64,000 bases of DNA from Phoronis australis (Eukaryota; Animalia; Phoronida), in contig NMRA01000392.1 in the NCBI GenBank assembly GCA_002633005.1, positions 347,763 through 411,762 on the forward strand. The letters are read 5' to 3'. The notes below the pieces were generated by a model that was given only the letters and a program-made list of their open reading frames with translations, made no database searches and was not told where the DNA came from. The stretch's first letter is position 1. Each line of letters opens with the position of its first letter. Shown here in pieces: positions 51,250-64,000 of the stretch. Made by a program: the position numbers and the translations under genes.

Positions 51250-54200
51250 CTCTGTGCAGGTTTCCATCAGTTACGTAATTCAAGTTTGCTCTTTAATACC
51301 TTTCATGAAAGGGAAAAATAAGTCAGTCACAAAATGACATGCATGTCATTAGACTTAACTTTCTTTCTGAGGAATAAAACAAAGTCGGGGTTTGGTTTTT
51401 ACATATTGATAAGTTGTTTTTTTTTTTTGAAAACTGAATTTGTTGTGTATAAGGAGTGACTCACTATACAGGCTGCGTGTCAATTTCAAAACATACGCCG
51501 TCATTTGTAGTGCACAATGATGGGTGCTATCCTGAAGTGTGGGCACTTAAATGGAAATTCTGTATAGCAGTGAGTGCTTATTATGAAACCCTTCAAAGGT
51601 AGGGAATAGGTGCATGTGTGAGTGTAAAGAATGGACAATTGTGAATATAGTCTGTTACATCGCTGGCGTCAGTGTTCAGCAATTGCTTCCGGGACATTTA
51701 TATGTAAATGAGCTGTTGTGTTGGCCGGGTGCATTCAAATGTTCAACCTGGGTGCGGTAGTCGAGAGTCAGCCGTGACACGGTGTAGACGTGTTTAGAAG
51801 CTGTTCAGTGGAACATTTGTGTCGACAGTGAAGACTTGCGACATTCAGCGGACAAAGTGGGAACAGCAAGATGATGGTGTTCAAAGTCGGATGCTGAAAG
51901 GAAGACACTGACCACAAGTGACTGCGCACAAACTGTGTGAAATGAAAGTTGGACTCTGACTTAGTGATATTAGTTTGGGTGCCACACGAGAGTGGTCGAC
52001 CCAGTTATGAAACTTATCAGTGTTTGTTTGTAAAATGTTCATTTAATGTTGAAGCTTCATTAAATATTGTTTCTTTTAAACTTGTTGCTTTCTACTGAAT
52101 TGTCTCATTAAAGTATAACGTCGTGACAGTGAGCATAGTCGTTAACCTGAGTGTTTGCGGCAATAAGATATTGAAAGACTGCAATAGTAGGAAATGTTTT
52201 ATAATCCGATTTTGTGAGGCAAACTCCATCTAATATAGGTAACTTTTTGGCTATTGTTACAACCTACACCTACACCCTGTTAAAGCACCCAGAATAACTT
52301 TGTTTTAAATGTCCGCTTCAGCTGGAACATGATTCTTTCTATTGGAGTCTGAAAATTAATTTTACAGCATGGTCCAAGGAGCAAAAAATTGGCGGTGGGT
52401 GAAAGAAGAATAAAAATTTGCTAACCACAATTTCGCATCTACCCATTTAGTTGCAATAGATGGGTGCAGGCATAGAACATCCGGCCTAGGGAACATCGAG
52501 CCGAGGAAATAGCAGAGCACGAAAATATCTGTTTTGGGCTACAGCTGTTTTGGGGAATATTGTAAAGCATCGGGTCTTTCATAACCACCGAGAATTTATT
52601 ATGTTCATTGTCAAATAACCCATTGGCACCAGGGTGTTTAACAGAGAAAGACGGTATAGCCTTTCATGTAGGAGTGTCACTACTCTCTTTTGATGTGCAG
52701 TTTTGGAATGGCGCACACGCACAAGTTCACACACTTGAATCGGTCCACTACGCCCACATTTTACATTGGCAACAACACATGACAGATGACTCATGTGTCA
52801 CATACGGAGCCCAGAAACCAGTGAAGGGTTTGAAAATTTCTTGATGACTCAAAAACTGCTACGCTGAAAGTAAAGACCTGGCCTTCGTTTGGTGATTAAT
52901 AAGGTTGTCGTTTTCACGTTTGCTGTTTTGTGAACGACACGCACATTTCCAAGTCATGATCGTGTGCCGGGACCGCATGCGCAATAACAACGGGATTGAC
53001 CAGTGCTGCAGCGTGATATCAGGGATATTGGTCAAAAATTTCATAATGCATGGTTGTCTCCTGTGATGATGGTTAGCTACTTACTAGAAGACTAAGTTAG
53101 TTAAGCATAACGTTTCAAGCCTGCAGCTCAGAACCTTGATCACACGACTGGTTTTCTTGCCATTGTGTAAACGTTTTTACCATCAGGGATACTGTCATGG
53201 ATATTTCAAAATAAGGACATTTTATGTAAAAAATTTATATTTTTTCCACAACAAAGTTTGGTATGTTGATCATTTAAGAATTAATAGAAACACCACGTGA
53301 CTGTTTAGTGACATTTTATCATGCGTTATGTCATGGTCCAAAACTTTCTTCGCACACTGTATGCCACACCACCAGGGCTTTATCCAGGATTTCCAAAATA
53401 GGGTGTCCAAAGTGGAGTTCCCAATATTCCATGGCATCCATGATTCCAACAACGCGTTACCCCCACCCCCTAGCACCATTCACCAGTAACCCCCTCCCAC
53501 ATACACAGTGACGTTTTTCACAAAAAATGCATAGAACAAGGCTGTTACATCTAAGTTTATGAAAACAGCTCCGTTATGGTGAGCTTTTTCACTACAAAAA
53601 AATGGATCAAGACTTTTATGGCTCAATTTACGAAAACAGTCAAATAGCTTACCAAACATATAATACAGACAGTTTTTGGTGATTTCAAATTGCATCTTCA
53701 CTAGCTTTATAGTATGTACAATGAGTCATCAGAGCTGCAGTTACCAACACAAGAAAAATGCAGGTGATGTGTGGTTTAAATTTTGACAACAGGTGTCGCT
53801 GCAGCTCCATATTAAAACGCAAATAGAAAAGCGTGAAATGAGCACTAACTCAAATGTTTTTCATGGGATATTCTTGTGGCACAACATATTATTAAAATAA
53901 TAACATTTATTTTGCTTTTGATGTTTTAAAAAAGATGAAAAACATTAAACTACAGTAAAACTAGTAGAACTAAAACGACAACCGTCGATTCTAAAATATA
54001 TTAAAATATCCCCACATTTCGAGATGCACTCTTTGTCAAGGGTGTGTCTGTAGAAAAGCCTTGACAAGAACACATTGCTTGAAACGAGGGGATATTTTAA
54101 TATATTTTAGAACCGACGCAGGGGTGTCCCTGTACAAAACACTGAATTACACTTAGAGATGAGACCACTGAAAGCAGAGACTGCAGTGGTATACACTTTG

Positions 54201-56520
54201 GCAACCAAACACCTGCTAATGATTGACAGGTCTTCTCAATTCTTTGGAACTAGTTTAAATGTTGCAACATTTCATATACATAGTATATTTCTTTCTGAGT
54301 TGAAAGGGCCAACACTTCTCTCTTGAACTATCACCCAGCTTTCATTAACTGGGAGTCTTAGAAATCTTACAATGTGGGTGTCCAAACTGGTGAAGTTCTG
54401 TGGGCATCCAAATGCAACCTGGCTAACCCATGATCGAGAATGCCTGGAAGGTGATCGAGAACGAGACCTTGCACCAAAAATGGCAGACGACAGTGACCTG
54501 CCGGTGAGTTAAAAGTGTCATTTTCTGCTTAAAGAGAGGCCACTTTGGTAGAATGCTACACACAGTAAAGCGTTAGAGTATAACCTTTGTTGTGGATCTG
54601 AAATAATACTTGGCTTTTACTTATTTTTTAGAATAAATAACTCAGAAAGCAATGGCTTTTGGTAAAATGCCTTGCGTCTCGTAAAATTGACAATATCTAC
54701 TAGTTGTTAGCAATTACAGGGTTGTTAAGAAGCAACGTGTGACGTTTATAGTTTAATCGTCCCCGGTGACACCTTTGTTAGTTATAATTTGTGAAAAAAT
54801 TTGAAATATTTACCAATACAAGCAACCTGGAATTTCCAACAAATGTAGCTGAGTTTTTACACTTCTCGGCAGATATCTGGCAAATATAAAGCAACTCTTG
54901 TAAATCCGACCATTATTTGGTTGTTGCCAAATCCAAGTTCAAAAGAACACTAACTGAGAACAGTCTTCCCGATGACTTGTAACCAAGTCGTGTGAACATG
55001 GGATATGCAGAATCGATCTTTGACGCGTTTCATTGGCTAACATTTTCGGACACTTTTTCAAATTTCCGGATTCGCCGAAGAAAGTTTCGGACCACATAAC
55101 ACGTGATAAAACCTCACAAAAGAGCGGTGTTTCTACTAATTCTTAAGTGATCAACTTACCAAACTTTGTGGAGGACAAATATGTTTGTTTTTCGCTTAAG
55201 ATGCCCTTATTACATGTACCAAATATCCACGATAATATCCCCGATATCGCACTGCGGCACTGGTAGGTCCCGTTGTTAGCACGCAGGCGGTCCCGGCAGA
55301 CAATCCTGACTTAGAGATGTGCGCCTAGTTTTACCCCATAAGACAGTCAAAGTGAAAATGACAACCCTATTATCCCCAAACGACGATCACATCTTTACTT
55401 TCAGTTGCAAAAAATTCTCAAACCCCATTGCTTGCTTTATATGGGGCTACGTGCACGAAATATGATTTGTCTTTCACACGTTGTTGCCAACATAAAATGT
55501 AGGCCTATTCCAGTGATTCAAGTGTGTGAACTCACACGTGCGCAAAAGTTCAAAGCTGCAAATCAAAAGAGAACAGCGGCAGTCCTAAATGAAAGAGTAT
55601 ACCGGCTTGGCTCTGTTAAGCACCCCGGTGCCAATGGTTTATTTGAAAATGAACTCGTAGATTCCCGGTGATTATAAAAGACCTGATGCTTTACGATATT
55701 CCCCAGGACGGATACAACCCAGAGCTGATATTTACCGGTTCCGGAGTTTCTCGAGGTCGATGTTCTCTAAACCCTATATTCTATGCCTGTGGCCAGCTAT
55801 TGCAACTAAACGGGTACTAGATGCGAAATTGTGGTTAGCGAACCTTTTATATTTCTCTTCATACACCTCCCCTTTCTCCCCGGCAACTTTTCGCTCCCCG
55901 AACCACCGCCGCCGTAAAAATGTTCAGACTCCAATAGAAACTATCTTGTTCCGGCTGAAGTGGGCAATTAAAAACAAAATTATTCCGTGTGGCTAAAAGG
56001 GTACAGTGTAGGTGGTAACGATATCCAGAAAGTCATCCTTACTAGATGGAGTTTGCCTCGCAAAATCGTATTGTATTATAACGTTTCTTACCATTGTAGT
56101 CTTTTAATATCTTATTACCGCAAACACTCGGGTTAACGACTATGCTAACGCACAAGAGTACTCCCTACCTTTGAAGTGTTTCACAATAAGCGCTCACTCA
56201 TCTACAAAGCGTTCCTCCTAAACTTTTGAGAATTTCCAATTAAGTGCCCACAGTTCAGGCTAGCGCCCATCATAGCGCACTACAAACGACCGCGCATGGT
56301 TTAAAATTGACACGCAGCCTATATGGTGTGTTAATTTCATTCCGTTTTTAAAAAACGTCTTTTCTCAATAAGTAAAAACTAAATCCCGGCTTTGCTTTAT
56401 ACCTCCAAAAGAAAGTTAGCACTAGTGACATGTGTTTCGTTTTGTGACTGACCTATTTTTTCTGTACTTGGAAGGTAATGAGGAGCAATCTCGCCATTAC
56501 CCGATGGAAACCCGCACGGA
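51250..56520. repeat. Long diverged inverted repeat (~1.3-kb arms: 51250-53250 minus the LTR, and 55150-56520)
   Basis: For example gcatagtcgttaacc..gagtgtttgcgg at 52132 vs its reverse complement at ~56118-56146; the ORFs 52579-52794(-) and 55405-55671(+) are homologous. Confidence 0.8.
51623..52128 (+). mobile_element. Solo LTR (506 bp) with 5-bp TSD
   Basis: GTGAG|TGTAAAG...CGTGACA|GTGAG, with ATTAAA signals near the 3' end. The inverted paralogous copy of the host repeat at ~56140-56170 lacks the insert. Confidence 0.85.
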
Positions 56521-57649
56521 GGAAGTCGGGAATTATTTCGAGGCTATTCACTTCATGGAAAACTAATTATTGAGCACGTAAACAGTATAAGTACCACATT
56601 TTTGTTGTGAAATTTGCACTGAATTGTTCATTCGGTTAGAGAGAGCATCGTTTCACGGATTTTTTTCAACAGATGTTTTTCAAACACGAGTTAAGTTGCA
56701 AACTTTGGGCTGCGAACAAAAAGCAGAGGGAATTTGCCCTCAGAGTTAGTTTGAATCTTTAACGACTTTGATGGCAGGAAGTCAGACTTTGAAATCCCGG
56801 ATACTTTTTCAAAGGGCATTTTCTCCCTTATCCCATTGCAAACTTAGCTACTCGAATGCACGTGTCAGTTAGAGAGCACTAATTCAACTTTCACGTCGGC
56901 AACTTGCCTTGCACTCTGGAGACTTTCAACGCCAGTCGTGAAGAACAGTAAAGCCGTACCTGCATGAACGAAGTCAGTTTTGGGATCTGAAATTTGTGAG
57001 TATTTAATGCTGCAGGTAAGAGCATAATCTAAACATTTTCTTGACGATCTAAAAAATCAATTTTGGCGGGGAAAAATGACGGGAAAATTTTGCGACCTGG
57101 CATTTATGAATGCGAGCTGGATCTTGGAAATGCAACCTGGGATTTTGGCTAGGTCGCAAAATGCAACCTGGCGATTTTAATAGCGTCGAGCCCTGCTTCA
57201 GCTTTCAAAGTTCGCCAGTAGGACCACAACTTCTGACCTTCGGCCTGGTTAAAGAATGAGGTCATATCTTTTGGTGTGCGCTGAGTGAAAATGGTGAGTT
57301 CACGATTTTGGGAACTGAAATAGGGAATGCTCAAAGAAAAAGTTTGATAACGGAGTATTTGTTCGAGTTGGAAGGAATTAAACACATTGACAACCTCCTA
57401 AGGTGTTCCTATATGCGCAAAAGTTATTTATAACGTGACTTTAGTTTTAGTAGGTGCGAGGCATAATTCGCCGAAAAGCTTCCGGCGTATGGAGCGCCAA
57501 CACATAGGAGCTGCATCGCCTCTGGTGGGGCCAACGGCAACAGAGTCAGAGGCGAAGGTCATTGCCTAAGCCTAGGGAGGACAATCAAAAAGTAGGTCAC
57601 GGTGCTCCATATCTGCCTCCGTGTAAAACCCACGTCGATAAATTACCCG

Positions 57650-60600
57650 ATTTCAGACTTCAAAGTTAACTATAAGACAATTTTGTGTTATAAATCGTTA
57701 CCATAGTCTTTATTTGTAAGTTTGTAATCTTTTTGTCTCAAATTATCGCTGATAAATCATTTTTGTAAGCTTTTTTAGCGCACGATTTTCCGCCGTGCGA
57801 TCAACTTTCGAAAAAGTACCTCTTGTTCCTCCTATCCAAAAGAGCACTATACTCTTTAATACAAACAGGAAATTTGGACAGGATGTAGTTTAGATGCGTG
57901 CGCATCTCCTCAAGTTGTTTTCTCGAAGTCAAGGCCAAGTTTTCATGCCGAGTTTTCGATCGTCCGGAAGGCCTAATTTTGGTCGATCGGGAGATTGATG
58001 TTTTTCCAGTTGCGCAATATGCCCCCCCGATTTTTAGATGAGGAATTTATCACTCTTTTAATTGGTAATTATTTCATTTTCAGAAATTCTGTCAAACTGC
58101 TGCGCATTGGCACTTTTCAAACAGCAGTCGTTAGTTCACTAAGTCGCCGCATGTCAGCGCCACCAGCGGCTACGTTGAAGTTCAATGGCATAGCAACTTC
58201 ACCGTTCGAAATAAAGTTGTTACAAAGTTTTTGTTGCGTAAATGATGAAATCCTTCATGTTAAGAGTGATTTGTTTTCCCAAATGGTCTTTTGTCTACTT
58301 TTTGATGTTTTTTGCCATGATACGATCTAATAGTACATGGGTAGCATCCAGCACTGAAGTGGGGGAGCTATAGCCTCCCCCAACCCCCTGTCACTGTCAG
58401 GCAATGATGTGTTGCCCATGTAGTAGTATTCAGGGGCAGATCTAGGATTTTTAGATAGGAGGGGGGGCAGGGCAGAATATTATGCAGGATTTTACCCGTA
58501 AGATATTTGCACCCTCAAACTGCCAAATGAAGTTTTAGGAGGGCCACGGGCCAGCTAGGCCCCCTTGCCCCCCCCCAAATCCACCAATGTGATCTTGTGA
58601 TTTGATGTGAAATTTCCTCCTAGCTCAGATGTATTTATTTCTGAGCTGATGTGGTGTCTTTGCTCTTTACCTTTTAAGCTGTGTAATCCATTGTTTTCAT
58701 CAAACACGATGAGCCTGTTCTATATGCTATAACAACACACTTAAACAGCAATATCTCTGTAGAAATCGATCCAAATTTTATATAATACACACCACCATGT
58801 TTGTCTCAATGAGTCGAATCTTTTTATATGCAGCACATGTGTATTCTTTTATTTTTTACGAAATTATGTAAAAAGGCAGATATTTTGCGCATAAGCGTCG
58901 CACTTCAACTGCCATTTTCTCGTCAACCGCTCATCCAAATTTTCTGATTTTTGCACCATTTCATTTCTCACACCAAGGGCTTTTCAAAAATGTATGACAC
59001 ATGGGTATTGTAAAAAAAATTTAAAAAACGTTGTCCTCCCTACTATTACCGTCAGAGGCCCTAAAGTCGTGAGTGCCCTAAAGTCGTGAACGATCTTATT
59101 TCCTCTTCTGCGCGGTCCTGCGACATCTGGCGTTGAAGTTTCCAGAGTTCGTCTGCTTACGAACGTCAAACGAATACCCGGACGTGTTCGTATTCACAAT
59201 ATGATAACAAACAGTGAGTGAGTGGCTTCTTTTTTCAAATGTATCTTTAAAACAGCATATTTCACTAATTCACTTTTTTGTGCATTTTTGGGATATATTT
59301 TCGAAAATATTTATCGTTCAGATTTACTCAAACACTCCAGGGGTAGCTTGAACAATGTATCAAAATGTCCCAGGGTTGATCAAGTTTTGTAAGGCCAAAA
59401 CAATAAAATACAGAGCGATAATTGATGCTGGGTTCTCAGCATTTTACGTGAACAACCTCATTGAAAACGTCTGTGCACATCAAAGTTGGGTGCAAAACTT
59501 ATAACAATTTATTTCAATTGAAACTGAATTAATAAACAATGCAATGCATTTTTATGTCATCTAGAGTAACTGTACGCACTGTNNNNNNNNNNNNNNNNNN
59601 NNNNNNNNNNNNNNNNNNNNNNNNNNNNNNNNNNNNNNNNNNNNNNNNNNNNNNNNNNNNNNNNNNNNNNNNNNNNNNNNNNNNNNNNNNNNNNNNNNNN
59701 NNNNNNNNNNNNNNNNNNNNNNNNNNNNNNNNNNNNNNNNNNNNNNNNNNNNNNNNNNNNNNNNNNNNNNNNNNNNNNNNNNNNNNNNNNNNNNNNNNNN
59801 NNNNNNNNNNNNNNNNNNNNNNNNNNNNNNNNNNNNNNNNNNNNNNNNNNNNNNNNNNNNNNNNNNNNNNNNNNNNNNNNNNNNNNNNNNNNNNNNNNNN
59901 NNNNNNNNNNNNNNNNNNNNNNNNNNNNNNNNNNNNNNNNNNNNNNNNNNNNNNNNNNNNNNNNNNNNNNNNNNNNNNNNNNNNNNNNNNNNNNNNNNNN
60001 NNNNNNNNNNNNNNNNNNNNNNNNNNNNNNNNNNNNNNNNNNNNNNNNNNNNNNNNNNNNNNNNNNNNNNNNNNNNNNNNNNNNNNNNNNNNNNNNNNNN
60101 NNNNNNNNNNNNNNNNNNNNNNNNNNNNNNNNNNNNNNNNNNNNNNNNNNNNNNNNNNNNNNNNNNNNNNNNNNNNNNNNNNNNNNNNNNNNNNNNNNNN
60201 NNNNNNNNNNNNNNNNNNNNNNNNNNNNNNNNNNNNNNNNNNNNNNNNNNNNNNNNNNNNNNNNNNNNNNNNNNNNNNNNNNNNNNNNNNNNNNNNNNNN
60301 NNNNNNNNNNNNNNNNNNNNNNNNNNNNNNNNNNNNNNNNNNNNNNNNNNNNNNNNNNNNNNNNNNNNNNNNNNNNNNNNNNNNNNNNNNNNNNNNNNNN
60401 NNNNNNNNNNNNNNNNNNNNNNNNNNNNNNNNNNNNNNNNNNNNNNNNNNNNNNNNNNNNNNNNNNNNNNNNNNNNNNNNNNNNNNNNNNNNNNNNNNNN
60501 NNNNNNNNNNNNNNNATTTCAGACTTCAAAGTTAACTATAAGACAATTTTGTGTTATAAATCGTTACCTTAGTCTTTATTTGTAAGTTTGTAATCTTTTT

Positions 60601-62010
60601 GTCTCAAATTATCGCTGATAAATCATTTTTTGTAAGCTTTTTTTAGTGCACGATTTTCCACCATGCGATCAACTTTCGAAAAAGTACCTCTTGTTCCTCC
60701 TATCCAAAAGAGCACTATACTCTCAAATACAAACATGAAATTTGGACAGGATGTAGTTTAGATGCGTGCGCATGTCCTCAAGTTGTTTTCTCGAAGTCAA
60801 GGCCAAGTTTTCATGCCGAGTTTTCGATCGTCCGGAAGGCCTAATTTTGGTCGATCGGGAGATTGATGTTTTTCCAGTTGCGCAATATGCTCCCCCGATT
60901 TTTAGATGAGGAATTTATCACTCTTTTAATTGGTAATGATTTCATTTTCAGAAATTCTGTCAAACTGCTGCGCATTGGCACTTTTCAAACAGCAGTCGTT
61001 AGTTCACTAAGTCGCCGCATGTTAGCGCCACCAGCGGCTACGTTGAAGTTCAATGGCATAGCAACTTCACCGTTCGAAATAAAGTTGTTACAAAGTTTTT
61101 GTTGCGTAAATGATGAAATCCTTCATGTTAAGAGTGATTTGTTTTCCCAAATGGTCTTTTGCCTACTTTTTGATGTTTTTTGCCATGATACGATCTAATA
61201 GTACATGGGTAGCATCCAGCACTGAAGTGGGGGAGCTATAGCCTCCCCCAACCCCCTGTTACTGTCAGGCAATGATGTGTTGCCCATGTAGTAGTATTCA
61301 GGGACAGATCTAGGATTTTTAGATAGGAGGGGGGGCAGGGCAGAATATTATGCAGGATTTTACCCGTAAGATATTTGCACCCTCAAACTGCCAAACGAAG
61401 TTTTAGGAGGGCCACGGGCCAGCTAGGCCCCCTTGCCCCCCCCCCCAAAGGATTTTACCCGTAAGATATTTGCACCCTCAAACTGCCAAATGAAGTTTTA
61501 GGAGGGCCACGGGCCAGCTAGGCCAGCTAGACCCCCTTGCCCCCCCCAAATCCACCAATGTGATCTTGTGATTTGATGTGGAATTTCCTCCTAGCTCAGA
61601 TGTATTTATTTCTGAGCTGATGTGGTGTCTTTGCTCTTTTAAGCTGTGTAATCCATTGTTTTCACCAAACACGATGAGCCTTGTTCTATATGCTATAACA
61701 ACACACTTAAACAGCAATATCTCTGTAGAAATCGATCCAAATTTTATATAATACACACCACCATGTTTGTCCCAATGAGTCGAATCTTTTTATATGCAGC
61801 ACATGTGTATTCTTTTATTTTTTACGAAATTATGTAAAAAGGCAGATATTTTGCGCATAAACGTCGCACTTCAACGGCCATTTTCTTGTCAACCGCTCAT
61901 CCAATTTTTCTGATTTTTGCACCATTTCATTTCTCACACCAAGGGCTTTTCAAAAATGTATGACACATGAGTATTGTAAAAAAATTTAAAAAACGATGTC
62001 CTCCCTACTA
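57650..62010. repeat. Near-identical ~1.4-kb direct duplication (57650-59045 and 60516-62010) flanking an N gap
   Basis: Both copies begin atttcagacttcaaag and end cctccctacta, differing by scattered substitutions and small indels. Confidence 0.85.
59583..60515. other. Assembly gap
   Basis: Run of N. Confidence 1.
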
Positions 62011-62634
62011 AAGTTTTCCTGACGTAATATGGAGGAACAAGTAGCAGCATTTCACCTGTTCCAATTTTTTTATACTTGTGACCATTTGACCATTTTTCCA
62101 CGAAATTGCCTGAAGTGATACCATTTTCACCAATATGGACCTGATAAACAACTCCTGCTTTTTTTCGCGGTTTCGTGCTAACAGGGTCACTATAGGATCG
62201 AATTCGAATCCTTGGCACCTTAACTCAGGCAGGGGATAGACGAGTCTCGGTCAATTTGACCTTATGAAAAGCGACAATCTATAGAAGTCGGTGGATTAGT
62301 TAAGTTTTTGACTGCCACATAACTCCTTCCATTCAACATGGCGGTATTACTACCGCGTACCTGGAAATGGTGCGAGCAGAAATTTCACGATAAAATATTA
62401 AAAGAACGGGGTAGGAATAATTTCTGTGTACTTTTGGAAAGATAACTTTGCAAGGAATCAAACGATACAAAAATCATATGTGTAAGACAATGTTGTCGTA
62501 TTGTAAACAATTACCCGACTCCATTTATGTGCATACTTGATATTAATGTTTTTTTAATCCTCTCGCCATGGTGATTCCAAAAATGTAGACTTTGGTGACC
62601 TGAAATCGTGAATATAAGCATAAAAAGAAGTACG

Positions 62635-63577
62635 CAATGACCATCGCCTCTGTTGGCCCGAACCAGAGGCGATGCAGCTCCTATAGGCGCTCTGTACGCC
62701 GGAAGCTTTTCGGCGAATTATGCCTCGCACCGACTAAACCATCAAAGTCACGTTGTTATAAATACCTTTTGCGCATAAAGGAACACCTTAGGAGGTTGTC
62801 GATGTGTTTAATTCCTTCCAACTCGAACAAATACTCCCGTTATCAAACTTTTTCTTCGAGCAGTCCCTATTTCAGTTCCCAAAATCGTGAACTCGCCATT
62901 TTTGTACTGCGCACGCTCCAATTTTTACCGCGCTCGCTAGGTGATGTGACTTCATGACCTCAATCTTTAAATAGGCAAAAGGTAAGCCATTGCGGTCTTG
63001 TCAGTCAAATGTTCGTTTCCAAAATGCCACCACTTATACTTGTCTTTAATTGGCGTTACTTGAAACTGATTGTATTTCAATGAATTATTGTTTGTATTTG
63101 ATAAAAATAAATGCTATTGATATGACATTTGATATTCTTTGTGCACATATTTGACATTTTAATGTTTAACAACACGGCAAATGCACGGCTGGTTCCCGAC
63201 AGCAGTTACGCAAGGGGCGGGAACTTCAGCTTTCAAAGTTTGCCGGTAGGACCGCAACTTTTGACCTTCGGCCTGGTTAAAAGAATCTTTTGGCGTGCGC
63301 CGAGTGAAAATGTTGAGTTCACAATTTTGGGAACTGAAATAGGGACTGCTCGAAGAAAAAGTTTGATAACGGGAGTATTTGTTCGAGTTGGAAGGAATTA
63401 AACACATCGACAACCTCCTAAGGTGTTCCTTTATGCGCAAAAGGTATTTATAACAAGGTGACTTTGATGGTTTAGTCGGTGCGAGGCATAATTCGCCGAA
63501 AAGATTCCGGTGTACAGAGCGCCTATAGGAGCTGCATCGCCTCTGGTTCGGGCCAACAGAGGCGATGGTCATTGCCT
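62635..63577. mobile_element. MITE or deletion derivative with ~280-bp TIRs (Harbinger-like GGC../TAA end); single arms also at ~57195-57570, ~26860-27140 and ~24030-24190
   Basis: 62635-62915 is the near-exact reverse complement of 63295-63575, which explains the twin ORFs MTIASVGPNQRR... on opposite strands. Confidence 0.7.
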
Positions 63578-64000
63578 AAAAAAGAAGCTGACTGTCATAC
63601 TACCGTTAGCAACTGCTGATGTGATGTCATGGACATATATCAGCCTTCACAAATCACATAGTGTACCTAATTATCAGACGGACCTTAAATATCGGACATT
63701 TCATAAAATATTACTTGAAGCATAATCTGAGAATTAAATGACACCAATTTTTGTTCTGATGTAATGCATTGAATGTCCGGCACTGTCTCGTTTTTTACAG
63801 CGTTGCACAAAAAAGTGGTTTAGTAAAATTTGGCGTTTTAAGATACATTTGTAAAAAGAAGCCACCCACCCACAGTTTATTACTTAGTGGAATTCTTCCG
63901 TCAAGTATGTTGATCTGACAGCAAGTTTTTACTTGGCGAAATAAATTTTGCCAAGTATGTTGCTCTTCCACTAAGTTTTTTTTTTTTTTTTTACTTGGCG

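Noticed and set aside
57650-62010. Tandem 1.4-kb duplication with twin 111-aa ORFs (57995, 60863)
   Set aside because: Copies flank an N gap and differ at allele-like levels, so they are most likely uncollapsed haplotypes. The ORFs lack recognisable motifs and lie in repeat sequence.
62637-63572. Two near-identical ORFs on opposite strands
   Set aside because: Consequence of MITE terminal inverted repeats; not protein-like.

Overview
Eukaryotic (metazoan, probably marine invertebrate) genomic DNA: intron-rich, AT-rich, repeat-dense, with three N gaps. The supplied ORF track is mostly uninformative because the real genes are spliced; I assembled them by hand from splice sites and translations. 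Four host genes are supported. (1) The last two coding exons of a Prospero/PROX homeobox gene (+, 2780-9811). (2) A complete 4-exon, 99-codon MIEN1/SelW2-type Rdx-family gene (-, 30760->13452) whose redox motif is C-G-T-TGA (CxxU), with a canonical SECIS element about 0.9 kb into its 3'UTR and a C-terminal CaaX box (CTIL). This is a predicted prenylated selenoprotein that ORF callers miss. (3) A complete 4-exon AEN/ISG20-family DEDDh exonuclease (+, 36593-43031), head-to-head with the selenoprotein gene. (4) The last two exons of HYPK (-, 47837-51170). The rest is nested mobile DNA: Helentron/HINE-like elements whose internal repeats each carry a CTCF-consensus motif, two Kolobok-like THAP elements, solo LTRs (some with heat-shock elements), a gypsy gag remnant, a THAP12-like relic, Academ- and Harbinger-like MITEs (one places a perfect CRE in the shared promoter), and long inverted repeats. 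Family names come from my recall of conserved motifs, not from database searches.
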